64,000 nucleotides of DNA, from the NCBI GenBank assembly GCA_964542755.1, contig CAZIWL010000004.1, forward strand, positions 20,916 through 84,915, in the 5' to 3' direction. Below the pieces are notes generated by a model. It saw nothing but the letters and a program-made list of their open reading frames with translations, had not been told where the DNA came from and searched no databases. The stretch comes from an uncultured Anaerolineales bacterium (GTDB taxonomy: Bacteria; Chloroflexota; Anaerolineae; B4-G1). Every line of letters begins with the position of its first letter. The stretch's first letter is position 1. Below are positions 54,491 to 64,000 of this stretch, piece by piece. Both the position numbers and the translations under genes were made by a program.

Positions 54491-57400
54491 CTACGTTCCC
54501 CGGAGGACGAGGGGCAAGAAAATGGACGGCTCCAGCGTCTCGATGGTGATCGTGTGGGTCTGACTGACGACGCGGCCAATCGCATTCTGCGCGGTTACAG
54601 TGACTACGTGCTCTCCCGGGACGTGCCAAATAGCCTCCAAGCTGTCGCTAAGGCTGTAGCTCCGTCGTACCCGTCCGGGCCACCACTGGTGGGTGGCGCG
54701 CCAGGTGTAGGTGACAGGGACGGTTGCACTGAGGGGCTCGACCATTGCGCGTAGGGTCAGGAACTGGTCGGCGAGGCCGTCGCGGGGACCCTCGATACTC
54801 ACAGCTGCAAGTGGGACAACGGGCGCGACGGGCGTGTATTCTGTGTATTGATTGTCAAAGGGCGTGGGGTCGTGCTCGTCGGCAGTGGCTTGCAGCAGGG
54901 TGGCGATGGTGCCGGCCGTCGTAATGTGCAGGCTGAGGGTCAAGGTGACCGAGTGGCCTTCAGCAATCCGGCCTATGCGACAGGATAGGGTCCCCTTATC
55001 ACGGCTGCACGAGCCCTGGTCGACCCTGAGCGTAGCGAACTCCGAACCTGTGGGCAGCGTAGCGGTTAGCACGACGCCGGACGCATCATCCGGCCCGCGG
55101 TTGCTGATGACGACGGTGTGCGTCAAGAGCTGACCGGCCAAAGGCTGCGGCGGCACATGGCCGGCGCTTACTGTCAGATCAGCCACCGGCGCGACAATCA
55201 TATCGAACACTCGCGCGCGCGCTGAGGAGGGCTCGGCTTCGGAAGCGACCAGTACCGAGACCGGGTTCGTGGTACCCAGGGGCACATCTGGAGGTACCCG
55301 GATACTGAGCAGACTGAGGGTCTCACCATCGTCGTCCAACGAGACCATCGTTGCCCGGGGTCCAGTCAGCCAGCCGTGGGCGTCGCTGATCGTCAGCACG
55401 GCGGTTCGGGCGAGCCCCGTCCAGTCCAAGACGCGGATGACGGCCGAATCCGAGACGCCCCGCGGCACGTAGGTGGGGTCCTCGTCAGGGACGACAGTGA
55501 GCGAGCGGGGCCCCGGGGCCCACGGCTCGCATTCGACGGAGCCGCGGATCTGGTCTCTTGGGTCGGCGGTCTGACCCCACCAATTGCCCGAAGCCGACAC
55601 CGTGACGCCGCCGTCGGCGTTGACGAGCGCGTATCCCGCATTGTCGAGGAAGTCGCTTTCTTCCACGGCGAGGGAAGTCAAGCCACCAAAGAGTGTGACT
55701 CCGTCGTCGCCATTTTCGGCGATGCGGCAATTGTGGATGCCGGGCGGCATCGAGTCAGCGGCGGCGGGCCAGTTCACCGGGGTGTCCCACTCGCGGCGTG
55801 CTTTTTGCTCGGGCCCCACGTCCGCCCAGTCATCGTGCCACGTCTCGAAAGCTATACCGCCACTGGTATTGCCGGAGACGACGAGGTCGACCAGCTTGGG
55901 CTGGACGGCGGCGGCGTAGACGCCGTAGCCCTCATTGCTGCTGATCTGCCCGTCGCGGATGGACAGCGATCCGCGGCTGAGCATCAGGCCGTGCCCCTCG
56001 TTCAGATTGACAGTCAGACGGTGTCCGAGAAAGTTCACGTCGCTGCCGAGGATGCCGCCGAGCGCATTGCCGTGCAGCGTGGTGCTCGACATAGCTAGGG
56101 GACCCGCGCCGTACGCGTATATGCCCCACCCGTCGTTGTGGGAGATGTCGGCCTGGGTGACGTTCACGGCGCTGGCGTAGGCGCGGAGCCCGTCTCCCCG
56201 ATTGTGCTGGACATCGCTGTCGGTGCCCCGCAGGACGAGCCCGGCCCGCTCAAGATCGATGCCGTGGCCCGCGTTCTTGCGAATCTGAACGTCGGTGAGC
56301 TGGAGGTTGCAGTTCTGCAGCCGGATGCCTGGGCCGCCATTCCCCACCACAAGGAAACCCTCCGGCAGCGAGAGCCCTCCAGAGGCAGAGATTCCGCCCA
56401 GGTCGTTGCCCGTGACCCCCTCGAGGGTATCCTTCAGGACGGTAACCGGACCGGTCTGCGCGAAGATACCCCAGCCTCCGTTGTCCCGGACCTGGGTTCC
56501 CCCGCTGACTAGAATCGCGCCGGGGGACGCGTGGAGCCCATTTCCTTGGTTGCCGACGATCCGGTTGTTGGCACCCCTGAGGATCAGCGAGGGGAGCGCA
56601 TCGGGCCGCCAAGGAGCGCCTCCAGCAATCGTTACGCCGCCGCCGAGGTTGTCCTGGACGATGACATCCGTCAGCTCGGTATCGTCGTCGCCCCAAACGA
56701 CGATTCCGGGGCCCCCGTTCCCCTCGACGGTGAACCCGACCGGGAGGGTCAGGTTACGACCGGCGAACAGGCCGCCGCGCTCGTTGTCCCGCAGGGCATC
56801 CATGGCGCCCTCGGCGATGAAGACCGATCCACCCTCGGCGACGATGCCCCAGCCGCCGTTTCCGGAGATTTCGGCCTGGCCGCGGATGGTGACTGAACCG
56901 GGAGCCGCGACGATCCCGCCGCCCCCGTTGTTTGTGATCTGGTTGTCGTCGCCGCCGAGAATCAGCCCCGGCACGACGGCTTTGCCCGCATGACCGGTGA
57001 CCACGACGCCAATGCCGACGCCGCGGTTGTCTCGAACACTAATATCCTCGAGCCGGGTGTCTCGGCCCGACCAGACGACGATACCTGGTCCGCCGTTTCT
57101 CTCAACTACGAACCCTGAGGGCAGGCCGATGCCCGCGGCTGCGTAGAGACCACCTCCTCCATTAGCGGCAACGGTGTAGACTGCATCCTCAGGCACGCTG
57201 ATAGACCCCTCATCTGCCCGGATGCCCCAGCCTCTATTGCCCACGACTTCGGTGGAGGCCTCAAGGGTGACGTTTCCAGACACGGCTCGGATCCCATCGC
57301 CGCCGTTGTTCGCGATGCGATTCTCCTCGCCGCGAAGTAGTAGACCCTTACCGAGCCCCCCTCCGCCGGGACCCACGGTCAGCAGGAGGCCGTCTTCCCC

Positions 57401-59464
57401 GTTGTTGAGGACCTGGACGTTCTGCATTACCACGTCATCCAGCGTGGAGGCCACAATGGCGGGGCCGTCGTTCCCCTCCACGGTCAGTCCGTCGGCCGAA
57501 AAACTCCCATCCGCGGTGTAGATACCGCCCTCGTTGTCCGTGACTTGACAGTCGTGGAGGGTAACCCCCCGCCGGGCCAGCACGCCCCAGGCCCTACGCG
57601 CATCCCGGATCGTGAGGCCCTCAATGACCGTCATCTCCTCCATCGTCTCAACCACCGGTTGGGCGGTGCTGGCTGCCCGCAGGACTGTCTCCTCTCCTGC
57701 GCGGGCGGAGCTGAGCGTCAGTGACTTGGTCACGCGCACGTTCTCGGTGTGCTCGCCCGGGCAGATGATGAGGGTATGAAGATCCTTCGTCAGCGGGTCG
57801 TCGACACCAACCTGGACGGCATCGAAGGCCCGCAGCGAATGGCTGTTGATAACGGAGCCCACCTGGACATACCCGGAGGCACCGCCGCTGATGGTCCCCG
57901 GTGCATGGCGGACCGGGCTTGCATCGATGAAGCCGCGGTCGACCTCGACAGCGTAACGCGCCAGTGTCATTTGATCGGAGTCTCCACTGCCCGTTCGGTC
58001 GAACCGGTAGTGTGCAGACAATTCGATACACTCACCCGCGTTTACGGTGAGTTCGCTAGGCTCAAAGCGCACCAATCGTTCCCCCGGTTCCACGAGCCTC
58101 GCCCTGTCGAGTGGGCTGCCACCGTGGATCAAGGTGAGTTGGTCCGGTCCTGTTCCGCCTCGCTCATCCCGAGAGGTACGAATGCCAACGGCGTCCACGT
58201 GCCAGTCGTCCGCCTCACTCGCACAGAGGGTGAAAGTGAGGATGGGATGGTCCGCGATACCCCGGGGCGTACACGTGACGCCCGCGTCACGCCCGCGCAC
58301 GTCGAGACGGGGAGCGAAGACAGCCACAACGGGCTCGACGCCACCGTCCGGGCAGGCGACAACGCAGGTGGGGTCGTCTCCACAGGGTTCGGCGTAGCCT
58401 TCCCAGTGGTCAAACACCCAACCCTCCCGGGCGCTGGCTTCAAGCTGAATTGGGCCGTTGCCGCACGGGCATGTGGATGGGTTTGCAGAGACCGTCCCGG
58501 CTGCGTCCAGCGGACGCACGCGCGGGTCCACGCCGCAGACCGTGTCTGCGGATCTCCCAAACCTGACGACGAGATCGGTGCACTCCGGGGCTGGATGCTG
58601 GAGCGTGCCCGGACCTTCCGCCTCCTGAACGGTCCATCCTGGCGCCGCCCGGGCATCCAGAGCGATGGGCAGACCACACCAGCCCTCAGACGGGTCGGCC
58701 ACAGCCGTGCAGCCAGCAGACTCGGCCTCTTCGGGCTCGACCCGTACCGAAGCGCAGCACGTCTCCAGGTCCTCAAAGGTCAATGTGAGTGTCGGCCCGC
58801 TTCGGTCACTGTCTGCGGTCCACCATTCCTGTCTAGCCCCGGCGGCAGCGGCAAGACGGAGTCTGAAACCGATCGTCGGCGACCGGGTCGGGTCTGTGCT
58901 GAGCTGGGACGGTGGAAGGTGGTCTAGAGCGTGCCCAACCAGGGTAGTCACGTCCCAGACGTCACGTTTGCCCGATCCGGCCTCTGAGAGGACAGTGACC
59001 GCCTCACCGGCTCTGGTATCCACGGCCGGCTGCGAGGCCCAGGTAACCGAGGTCTCATCCCAGCGTGCCTCCGGATGCACCAATTCTGCCACAGCGGTCT
59101 CGCTGGCGGCGGTGCTCTCGTCGTGGGGGACCAGCGTCAGGGTAGCAGAGACGAGCTGCGCGCCCCGCGGGATGGCTTGCGTCGGGAATCCGACGAATGC
59201 GTGGGCACCCTCCCAGGCGAAGAGGGTTTCCCACTCTCCGAAGGAGGTGTCAGGTTGAGCGTCCCAGGCGAAGGTGTCGTGCAGGGCCGCGAGTTCAATA
59301 GTCTGCTTCTGGGAGGGGCTGGCGGGAGTCGTGCCGCTCCGTGGGGTGAGGCCTCGATGGAGGAGTGCGAGTGCGGTAAGAACGAGGAGGACGCCCACCG
59401 CGATCAGGGCGATGGAAGCTCGCTTGCCAGAGAAAAGGGTAGCGTGATTTCGCTCTGTCGCCAC
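54491..59464 (-). CDS. giant (1657 aa) signal-anchored surface protein with right-handed parallel beta-helix (PbH1) repeats and C-terminal DUF11 domain(s); ends in the IFLPLVLRGT tag
   Basis: N-terminal TM anchor ASIALIAVGVLLVLTALALL. Dozens of N-x-G-x-G-[IL] beta-helix repeat units. The DUF11-like segment is LTHTVVISNRGPDDASGVVLTATLPTGSEF. The C-terminus is LEPSIFLPLVLRGT. Confidence 0.8.
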   Translation of the reverse strand: MATERNHATLFSGKRASIALIAVGVLLVLTALALLHRGLTPRSGTTPASPSQKQTIELAALHDTFAWDAQPDTSFGEWETLFAWEGAHAFVGFPTQAIPRGAQLVSATLTLVPHDESTAASETAVAELVHPEARWDETSVTWASQPAVDTRAGEAVTVLSEAGSGKRDVWDVTTLVGHALDHLPPSQLSTDPTRSPTIGFRLRLAAAAGARQEWWTADSDRSGPTLTLTFEDLETCCASVRVEPEEAESAGCTAVADPSEGWCGLPIALDARAAPGWTVQEAEGPGTLQHPAPECTDLVVRFGRSADTVCGVDPRVRPLDAAGTVSANPSTCPCGNGPIQLEASAREGWVFDHWEGYAEPCGDDPTCVVACPDGGVEPVVAVFAPRLDVRGRDAGVTCTPRGIADHPILTFTLCASEADDWHVDAVGIRTSRDERGGTGPDQLTLIHGGSPLDRARLVEPGERLVRFEPSELTVNAGECIELSAHYRFDRTGSGDSDQMTLARYAVEVDRGFIDASPVRHAPGTISGGASGYVQVGSVINSHSLRAFDAVQVGVDDPLTKDLHTLIICPGEHTENVRVTKSLTLSSARAGEETVLRAASTAQPVVETMEEMTVIEGLTIRDARRAWGVLARRGVTLHDCQVTDNEGGIYTADGSFSADGLTVEGNDGPAIVASTLDDVVMQNVQVLNNGEDGLLLTVGPGGGGLGKGLLLRGEENRIANNGGDGIRAVSGNVTLEASTEVVGNRGWGIRADEGSISVPEDAVYTVAANGGGGLYAAAGIGLPSGFVVERNGGPGIVVWSGRDTRLEDISVRDNRGVGIGVVVTGHAGKAVVPGLILGGDDNQITNNGGGGIVAAPGSVTIRGQAEISGNGGWGIVAEGGSVFIAEGAMDALRDNERGGLFAGRNLTLPVGFTVEGNGGPGIVVWGDDDTELTDVIVQDNLGGGVTIAGGAPWRPDALPSLILRGANNRIVGNQGNGLHASPGAILVSGGTQVRDNGGWGIFAQTGPVTVLKDTLEGVTGNDLGGISASGGLSLPEGFLVVGNGGPGIRLQNCNLQLTDVQIRKNAGHGIDLERAGLVLRGTDSDVQHNRGDGLRAYASAVNVTQADISHNDGWGIYAYGAGPLAMSSTTLHGNALGGILGSDVNFLGHRLTVNLNEGHGLMLSRGSLSIRDGQISSNEGYGVYAAAVQPKLVDLVVSGNTSGGIAFETWHDDWADVGPEQKARREWDTPVNWPAAADSMPPGIHNCRIAENGDDGVTLFGGLTSLAVEESDFLDNAGYALVNADGGVTVSASGNWWGQTADPRDQIRGSVECEPWAPGPRSLTVVPDEDPTYVPRGVSDSAVIRVLDWTGLARTAVLTISDAHGWLTGPRATMVSLDDDGETLSLLSIRVPPDVPLGTTNPVSVLVASEAEPSSARARVFDMIVAPVADLTVSAGHVPPQPLAGQLLTHTVVISNRGPDDASGVVLTATLPTGSEFATLRVDQGSCSRDKGTLSCRIGRIAEGHSVTLTLSLHITTAGTIATLLQATADEHDPTPFDNQYTEYTPVAPVVPLAAVSIEGPRDGLADQFLTLRAMVEPLSATVPVTYTWRATHQWWPGRVRRSYSLSDSLEAIWHVPGEHVVTVTAQNAIGRVVSQTHTITIETLEPSIFLPLVLRGT

Positions 59465-59796
59465 GGCTTTCCGCCTAATCTCTCTCGCTGATAGGAGAAG
59501 TGTACCAATGAGTCCGGCCGGGCACTCAGTCTGACCAGGAAGGTCCTGGGATCGCCGCCGCGCGGGGTACGGAGGCCGCGCGGCGGAGTCTCCAGCTCGG
59601 ATAGGGGTTGACCAACCTGGGCGTCGCCCACGCGGCGAAGATGCAGCCTGCGCGCCATGGCTGGAACGACAGCGACGACTATATCATCTGGATGCGGGCT
59701 TGTCAACCAGGAGAATCCGCGAGGCGCTCGACATCGTGATCGGGATGGGGCGGCGGTGCCGGATCACGCAACCCTGCCGCCCCACCTCGGAGCCGA

Positions 59797-62700
59797 CTAA
59801 GAGGGTGTCTGCCGTAAGACCAGGGGTAGGTAAATGCTCGGTGAGGTTGAGTCCACGATGGCATAGGCAGCGGCCAGGTTGTTGGATCGGTCCGGGTCGT
59901 GCTCCGCGGCTGCCACCTCGGCGGTTGTGTAGAGGCCATCAGCATTCGGCTGGAGGAAGAGGTGCACGTGTTCGGTGCCGCCGCTGGCAACGGATCCCAG
60001 GCCACAGACGACCTGACCTGGATGTTCCGTACACGTTCCTTGGCTTGCGGTGACCGATAGGACGGTGGTGGTAGAGGGCAGGGTATGCGTGACTGTCGCG
60101 GAACTCGCACCATCGGGCCCTGTGTTGGTGACAAGCAAAGTTGCAGTGATCGTATCGCCCGCTGCGGTCTCCGGCATTTGGTTTGCGATCGCCAGGTCAG
60201 CAACCAGCGCTGTGCTGACCTGGAAGGAGGTGATGCCCTCCGCTGTGGGATCGGATTGTGATCTCGCGGCGAAGGTGACGTGGTCGGTTGTCCCGATGGA
60301 GACCGTTGAGGGGATCGTGAAGGTCACGGGTACCGTGGTATCCGCGTTGAGCGTCGTGGTGAAAGGACCTTGATCCAGGAGCCAGCCCAGGGTGTCAGCC
60401 AATGTCACCGTGACGGTGTCCGTTGGCGCTTCCCAATGGCGAAGGCGAACTTCAGCGGTCGTCGTCACACCCCGAGAGGCGGTCACCGGGTTATCGCGAG
60501 GTACGGCGACGAGGGTCACGGTGACGGGCCTCCAGTCGGCGACGTCCACGGCACCGAGTGCCTCGTCCCCGTTGCCGCTGCCACCGCCACTGGGGCCATT
60601 GGCTGCGCCCCACCAGTTCTCCCTGGCCTCGACGGTCACCGAGGGATCGAGGTTCCGCAGGCCGGCTCCCGCGTTTCCGTAGATGTTCGAACTGCGGACT
60701 GAGGGGTCGGAGCCGCTCTGGGTCCTGATGCCGTCGCCCTCATTGTCGAAGAGAGAGCAACCTTCGAGCACTGGACTGCTGTTCTCCAGCAGGACGGCGG
60801 TGCCGTCGGGGTCGACAGCGCCGCCGGCCAATCCACGGTACGGGACGTGGCAGGCCTCGAAGCGCTGGAGGGTGTAGGCGTTGTCCCGGCTGTCGGTCTC
60901 TCGTACACCCAGGTTGCAGGCGAAGAAGATGTCGTCCTCGAAGTGGATGCTCGAGGAGTTGTCGATCCGCATGCAAACACCGTGATCCACCACTGCGTAC
61001 CTTCTCAGTCGGTTGAGGTGCGATCTGTCGCGGAAGACGATGCCGTAGTCGTCGTTGTCCCGGATCACGGCCTGGTAGTCGGCGAGGATGGGAGCGGCTA
61101 CTCCAACCTCAACCCAGAGCGGTCCCTCGAATCTGTTTACCTGGGATCTTTCCAGGTAGATACCGTGGCCTTCGTTGCGCTCAATCGTAATTTCCCCGAG
61201 CACCTCGTTGTAGTGGGCGTCGCTCAGACGCAGGCCGTCCCGTCCGTTCTCCCGAATGGTATTTTCTCGAATGGTGTTGTGGATTCCCGCGTCGATACGA
61301 ATGCCATCCTCATCATTCTCCTCGATGGTATTGGGCTCTCCTCCGCCCACCGGGATGAAGTTGTAGTGGGATTCCTTGAGAAAGATGCCGGCCATCTTGT
61401 TATCCACGATCCGATTGCCGGCGATGTCGTTCTGCTGCGAGTTGTGGCTCATGTAGACGCCGTGCCACCCGTTCTCCGCCACGTCCTCGTTTCCGTGGAT
61501 CTGGTTGAACATGGAGGCCCGGAGGTGGATGCCGTTCTTGTAGTTGGCTCTGATTTCGTTGTCCTGGACCAGAGTGAACCGAGACCCGAGCAGGAAGACG
61601 CCGTGATTGTTGTCGTCCTTGATCGAGTTGTTGATGATGTTATTGAGCGGGGTTCCCGGGTCGGTGGCAGACGTGCATTGGTCCACGTGGATTCCGTTTC
61701 CGGTGTTGTAGCTGATTGTGTTCACGTCGGCGCCCGGCTCGCCGATCTGCGTGCCTTTCGTATTCTGGAGATGGATGCCGTGGCCCTGGTTCTCTCGGAT
61801 GATGTTGTTCAGGATCCCGTTCTCCTGTCCCGCCTCCGGCTGGCAGCTCGACACCCGAATGCCATTCTCTTGGTTGCTCTTGACGTAATTGCCGCCGATC
61901 TCGATGCGAGACGATGTCTCGATGAGTATCCCATCCTTCTCGTTCTGTTCGATCTCATTCATCACGCCCAAGATCGCACCCACGTCCGTCCCCGCCGAAT
62001 TGGCGATGACGACGCCGTAGGGGTTATGGTGGATCTCGTTTCCAGCGATGCGATTCTCGTTGCCGGCGGAGCACTCGGAGAACTCGACGCGAACGCCGGC
62101 GTCATCGTTGTCGGGGCCGATGGTGTTCTTCTTCACCGTGACCGGACTGTCGACGGTGAACCCGACGCAGGTGTTGCACGCCCGGGATAGGCGGATGCCG
62201 TTCTCGCGGTGACCGTGAAGGGTATTGTCCGTGATCTCGTTGGGGTCGGCATAGCCCCCGGTGACGCCCACGGTGATGCCGTTCTTTTGGCGCCCCCCAC
62301 CGTCGATCGTGTTGCCGGTAACGACGTTCCCGTCGGAGGCGAGAAGGTAGACACCATCCTCGTCATTCTCTGAGATGTCGTTGCCATTCGACACGACACA
62401 ACCGCTCGACTCCTCGAGACGGACGCCGTGTTCCGCGTTGCTCTCGATGGTATTGGCCTCAATCCGGTTCTCCTGGCCCGCCGGCGCTTGACAGTCTTCG
62501 AGGGCAACGCCGCTGCCGTCATTAGATTTGACAGTGTTGCCCTGGTCGGCCCCGCCAACCAGCGAGCCGTAGGACGCTTTGAGGTGGATGCCGTGCCCCG
62601 TGTTCCCCTCAACGGTGTTCGCCGTGAGCTCATTCACGTTGTCGGCTGCGCACTGACAAGCATCGAGTTTGATGCCGTTCCCATTCTCCGAGCCGCAGGA

Positions 62701-64000
62701 GTTCTCTTGGATGGCGTTACCGCACGACGCATGGATGTGGACGCCCGCCTGATCGTTGCTCTCAACGGTGTTGTTGCGAACGGTGTTGTCATCGGAACCG
62801 TTGACCATGCTGATACCATAGCTTGTATGCCAGCGGAAGGTGTTGGGCTTCTCGCTGCTCCCGATCACCGTGCCCGTCGAGTTGTCGAGGTAGATCCCCA
62901 CGGCCTGCTTACTCTGGGGACGATTTCCTGAGATCGTGTTGCCCAGGATCTCGTTCGGGTCCGTGCCCCCTCCCGCGAGGCAGTTGTAGAGGCTGATGCC
63001 TTTCTCTTGGTTTTCCTCTATGCGCGGATTCCCCTCGATCCTAACGCCGGTGGCATTGTCCAGGCTTATGCCGTCTTGGCTGTTCTCAATGATGATCGGG
63101 TTGTCCGCGATCGTGACGTCCTGGGAGTCCTCGACGAAGACGCCGTGGTGCTCGTTCTCGCTCAGGGAGACGTTGTTCTCGATCTCGATTCCGGCGCACT
63201 GCTTGAGATGAATCCCGTGTCTGCTGTTTCGCGTCACGCTATTCTGCTCGATGGTGGTCTCGCTGCCGGGGGCGTCCTGGCAGCCCTCCAGGTAGAGCCC
63301 GTCCTCCTCGTTGGACCGCATCGAATTCACCTTGATCTCGCTCTGGGTGGAGGACTTGAGGAAGACACCGGAGCCGGTGTTGCTTGAGACATAGTTGTCC
63401 TCAATCCTCGTCTGGTCCCCTCCCTGCACGTAGACGCCGTACCGGTTATCGGTGAGGAAGTTGTCCTGGATCACGCTGCCCTGGATCGTGCTGCCCTGTA
63501 CGTAGACTCCAGCGACGTCCGTCCCGGTGGCGCCCTCGATGGTGAGACCCTTGATGGTGACATTGTCCCGCTGTACGTGAAAGACGTGGTCGCTGGAGCT
63601 AGCTGCCTGCACGACGGTCTTGTCCCGTCCCTCCAGCGATTGGATCGTCACCGCTTCTTCCACGTCAACGTTCTCCTCGTACGTGCCGGGGCACAGGGAG
63701 ATCGTAGTCCCCTCACTGGCCCCGTCCACCGCCTCCTGGATGGTGTCGAAGGCCTCCTTCGTCTCCTCGTGTACCACGCAGCCAACGGCCACTGATCCGC
63801 TGGCGGCACCCGAGATGTGGCCCGGCTTGTAGTTCTCCGGCTCCAGGCCGGACGAGAGATTGGTCACGCTGACGTCAAACTGCTTCGCTTCCGCCCCGCA
63901 GGGGTCGAAGCCGGTGAAGTCAAAGACGTAGTCGAGTCGGAAGGTCTGGGGCGATGTGGTGACGATGATGGTGGGGATCTCAAAGGTGACGGTACCGTCG
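59797..64000 (-). CDS. giant (more than 1400 aa, 5' end outside window) parallel beta-helix repeat / DUF11 surface protein; ends in the IYLPLVLRQTPS tag
   Basis: The track ORF starts at GTG 63867, but the frame stays open to the window edge (upstream translation ...DGTVTFEIPTIIVTTSPQTFRLDYVFDFTGFDPCGAEAKQFDVSVTNLSS...). PbH1 repeats (NxxxxNxxxGIxL) run throughout. The C-terminal DUF11 region is GDTITATLLVTNTGPDGASSATVTHTLP. Confidence 0.8.
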   Translation of the reverse strand, partial: DGTVTFEIPTIIVTTSPQTFRLDYVFDFTGFDPCGAEAKQFDVSVTNLSSGLEPENYKPGHISGAASGSVAVGCVVHEETKEAFDTIQEAVDGASEGTTISLCPGTYEENVDVEEAVTIQSLEGRDKTVVQAASSSDHVFHVQRDNVTIKGLTIEGATGTDVAGVYVQGSTIQGSVIQDNFLTDNRYGVYVQGGDQTRIEDNYVSSNTGSGVFLKSSTQSEIKVNSMRSNEEDGLYLEGCQDAPGSETTIEQNSVTRNSRHGIHLKQCAGIEIENNVSLSENEHHGVFVEDSQDVTIADNPIIIENSQDGISLDNATGVRIEGNPRIEENQEKGISLYNCLAGGGTDPNEILGNTISGNRPQSKQAVGIYLDNSTGTVIGSSEKPNTFRWHTSYGISMVNGSDDNTVRNNTVESNDQAGVHIHASCGNAIQENSCGSENGNGIKLDACQCAADNVNELTANTVEGNTGHGIHLKASYGSLVGGADQGNTVKSNDGSGVALEDCQAPAGQENRIEANTIESNAEHGVRLEESSGCVVSNGNDISENDEDGVYLLASDGNVVTGNTIDGGGRQKNGITVGVTGGYADPNEITDNTLHGHRENGIRLSRACNTCVGFTVDSPVTVKKNTIGPDNDDAGVRVEFSECSAGNENRIAGNEIHHNPYGVVIANSAGTDVGAILGVMNEIEQNEKDGILIETSSRIEIGGNYVKSNQENGIRVSSCQPEAGQENGILNNIIRENQGHGIHLQNTKGTQIGEPGADVNTISYNTGNGIHVDQCTSATDPGTPLNNIINNSIKDDNNHGVFLLGSRFTLVQDNEIRANYKNGIHLRASMFNQIHGNEDVAENGWHGVYMSHNSQQNDIAGNRIVDNKMAGIFLKESHYNFIPVGGGEPNTIEENDEDGIRIDAGIHNTIRENTIRENGRDGLRLSDAHYNEVLGEITIERNEGHGIYLERSQVNRFEGPLWVEVGVAAPILADYQAVIRDNDDYGIVFRDRSHLNRLRRYAVVDHGVCMRIDNSSSIHFEDDIFFACNLGVRETDSRDNAYTLQRFEACHVPYRGLAGGAVDPDGTAVLLENSSPVLEGCSLFDNEGDGIRTQSGSDPSVRSSNIYGNAGAGLRNLDPSVTVEARENWWGAANGPSGGGSGNGDEALGAVDVADWRPVTVTLVAVPRDNPVTASRGVTTTAEVRLRHWEAPTDTVTVTLADTLGWLLDQGPFTTTLNADTTVPVTFTIPSTVSIGTTDHVTFAARSQSDPTAEGITSFQVSTALVADLAIANQMPETAAGDTITATLLVTNTGPDGASSATVTHTLPSTTTVLSVTASQGTCTEHPGQVVCGLGSVASGGTEHVHLFLQPNADGLYTTAEVAAAEHDPDRSNNLAAAYAIVDSTSPSIYLPLVLRQTPS

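Noticed and set aside
60847-62190. 447-aa plus-strand ORF within giant beta-helix gene 2
   Set aside because: Antisense to a strongly repeat-structured coding frame. Its Val/Asp-rich translation is an artefact of the complementary Asn/Gly/Ile codons.
1-64000. tRNA, rRNA, CRISPR arrays, transposases, integrases
   Set aside because: Intergenic regions (5143-5605, 10420-11073, 16587-16930, 17942-18341, 29177-29353, 37573-37836, 41479-41683, 54340-54490, 59465-59796) show no GTTCGAATC-type T-loop or cloverleaf candidates, no regularly spaced direct repeats, and no recombinase-like ORFs.

Overview
This is a 64 kb GC-rich window (roughly 60-70% by eye) of a bacterial chromosome. Evidence for a bacterial host: RNase J, a DnaE-type Pol III alpha subunit, UppP, lipobox lipoproteins, and sigma70-like TTGACA-N17-TATAAT promoters. 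Some of these promoters sit directly on the start codon, suggesting leaderless mRNAs as seen in Chloroflexota, Deinococcota and Actinobacteria. Taxonomy cannot be fixed from this window alone.

I call about 44 protein-coding genes. I found no rRNA, tRNA, CRISPR array, transposase or integrase. Many long ORFs in the six-frame track are antisense shadows of real genes, as expected for high-GC DNA; I rejected those.

The start of the window is housekeeping or accessory metabolism. Minus strand: psuG and an M20 peptidase. Plus strand: rnj and a LarE-like PP-loop enzyme. Then come a Crp/Fnr regulator, a PhoD-like lipoprotein, a tungsten-type aldehyde:ferredoxin oxidoreductase tightly coupled to a KARI-SCP2 fusion, and a GH25 lysozyme with an SH3b domain. 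Next are an HDAC-like deacetylase and a two-photolyase operon (FeS-BCP/(6-4)-type plus class II CPD) followed by a PNPOx-like protein and a PEP-utilising enzyme. After that: MscS, a membrane-anchored CBM/GH-like protein, uppP, a GNAT, an aminotransferase, a cupin, a periplasmic binding protein with a 7TM-PAS histidine kinase and an orphan methylmalonyl-CoA-mutase catalytic subunit, two adjacent phosphofructokinases (an atypical ATP-type and a PPi-type), and dnaE.

The most interesting block is 49.1-54.3 kb on the minus strand. It holds a contiguous archaeal-type isoprenoid glycerol-ether lipid gene set: geranylgeranyl reductase, a YdjM-like membrane hydrolase, a small CDP-alcohol phosphatidyltransferase, a UbiA/DGGGP-synthase-like prenyltransferase, and a PcrB/GGGP-synthase-family enzyme. 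It ends with an uncharacterised radical SAM protein with a Cys-containing auxiliary C-terminal domain. That radical SAM protein is a candidate lipid-tail C-C bond-forming or lipid-modifying enzyme (Tes/Mss-like hypothesis).

Downstream are a lipoprotein, an ABC-2 exporter (ATPase plus two permeases) and a large SBBP beta-propeller lipoprotein. The window ends with two giant parallel-beta-helix/DUF11 surface proteins of more than 1300 aa each.

The SBBP protein and both giants end in the same short C-terminal motif, P-x-I-[FY]-L-P-L-V-[LS]-R followed by 1-4 residues. This looks like an undescribed C-terminal sorting or secretion tag.
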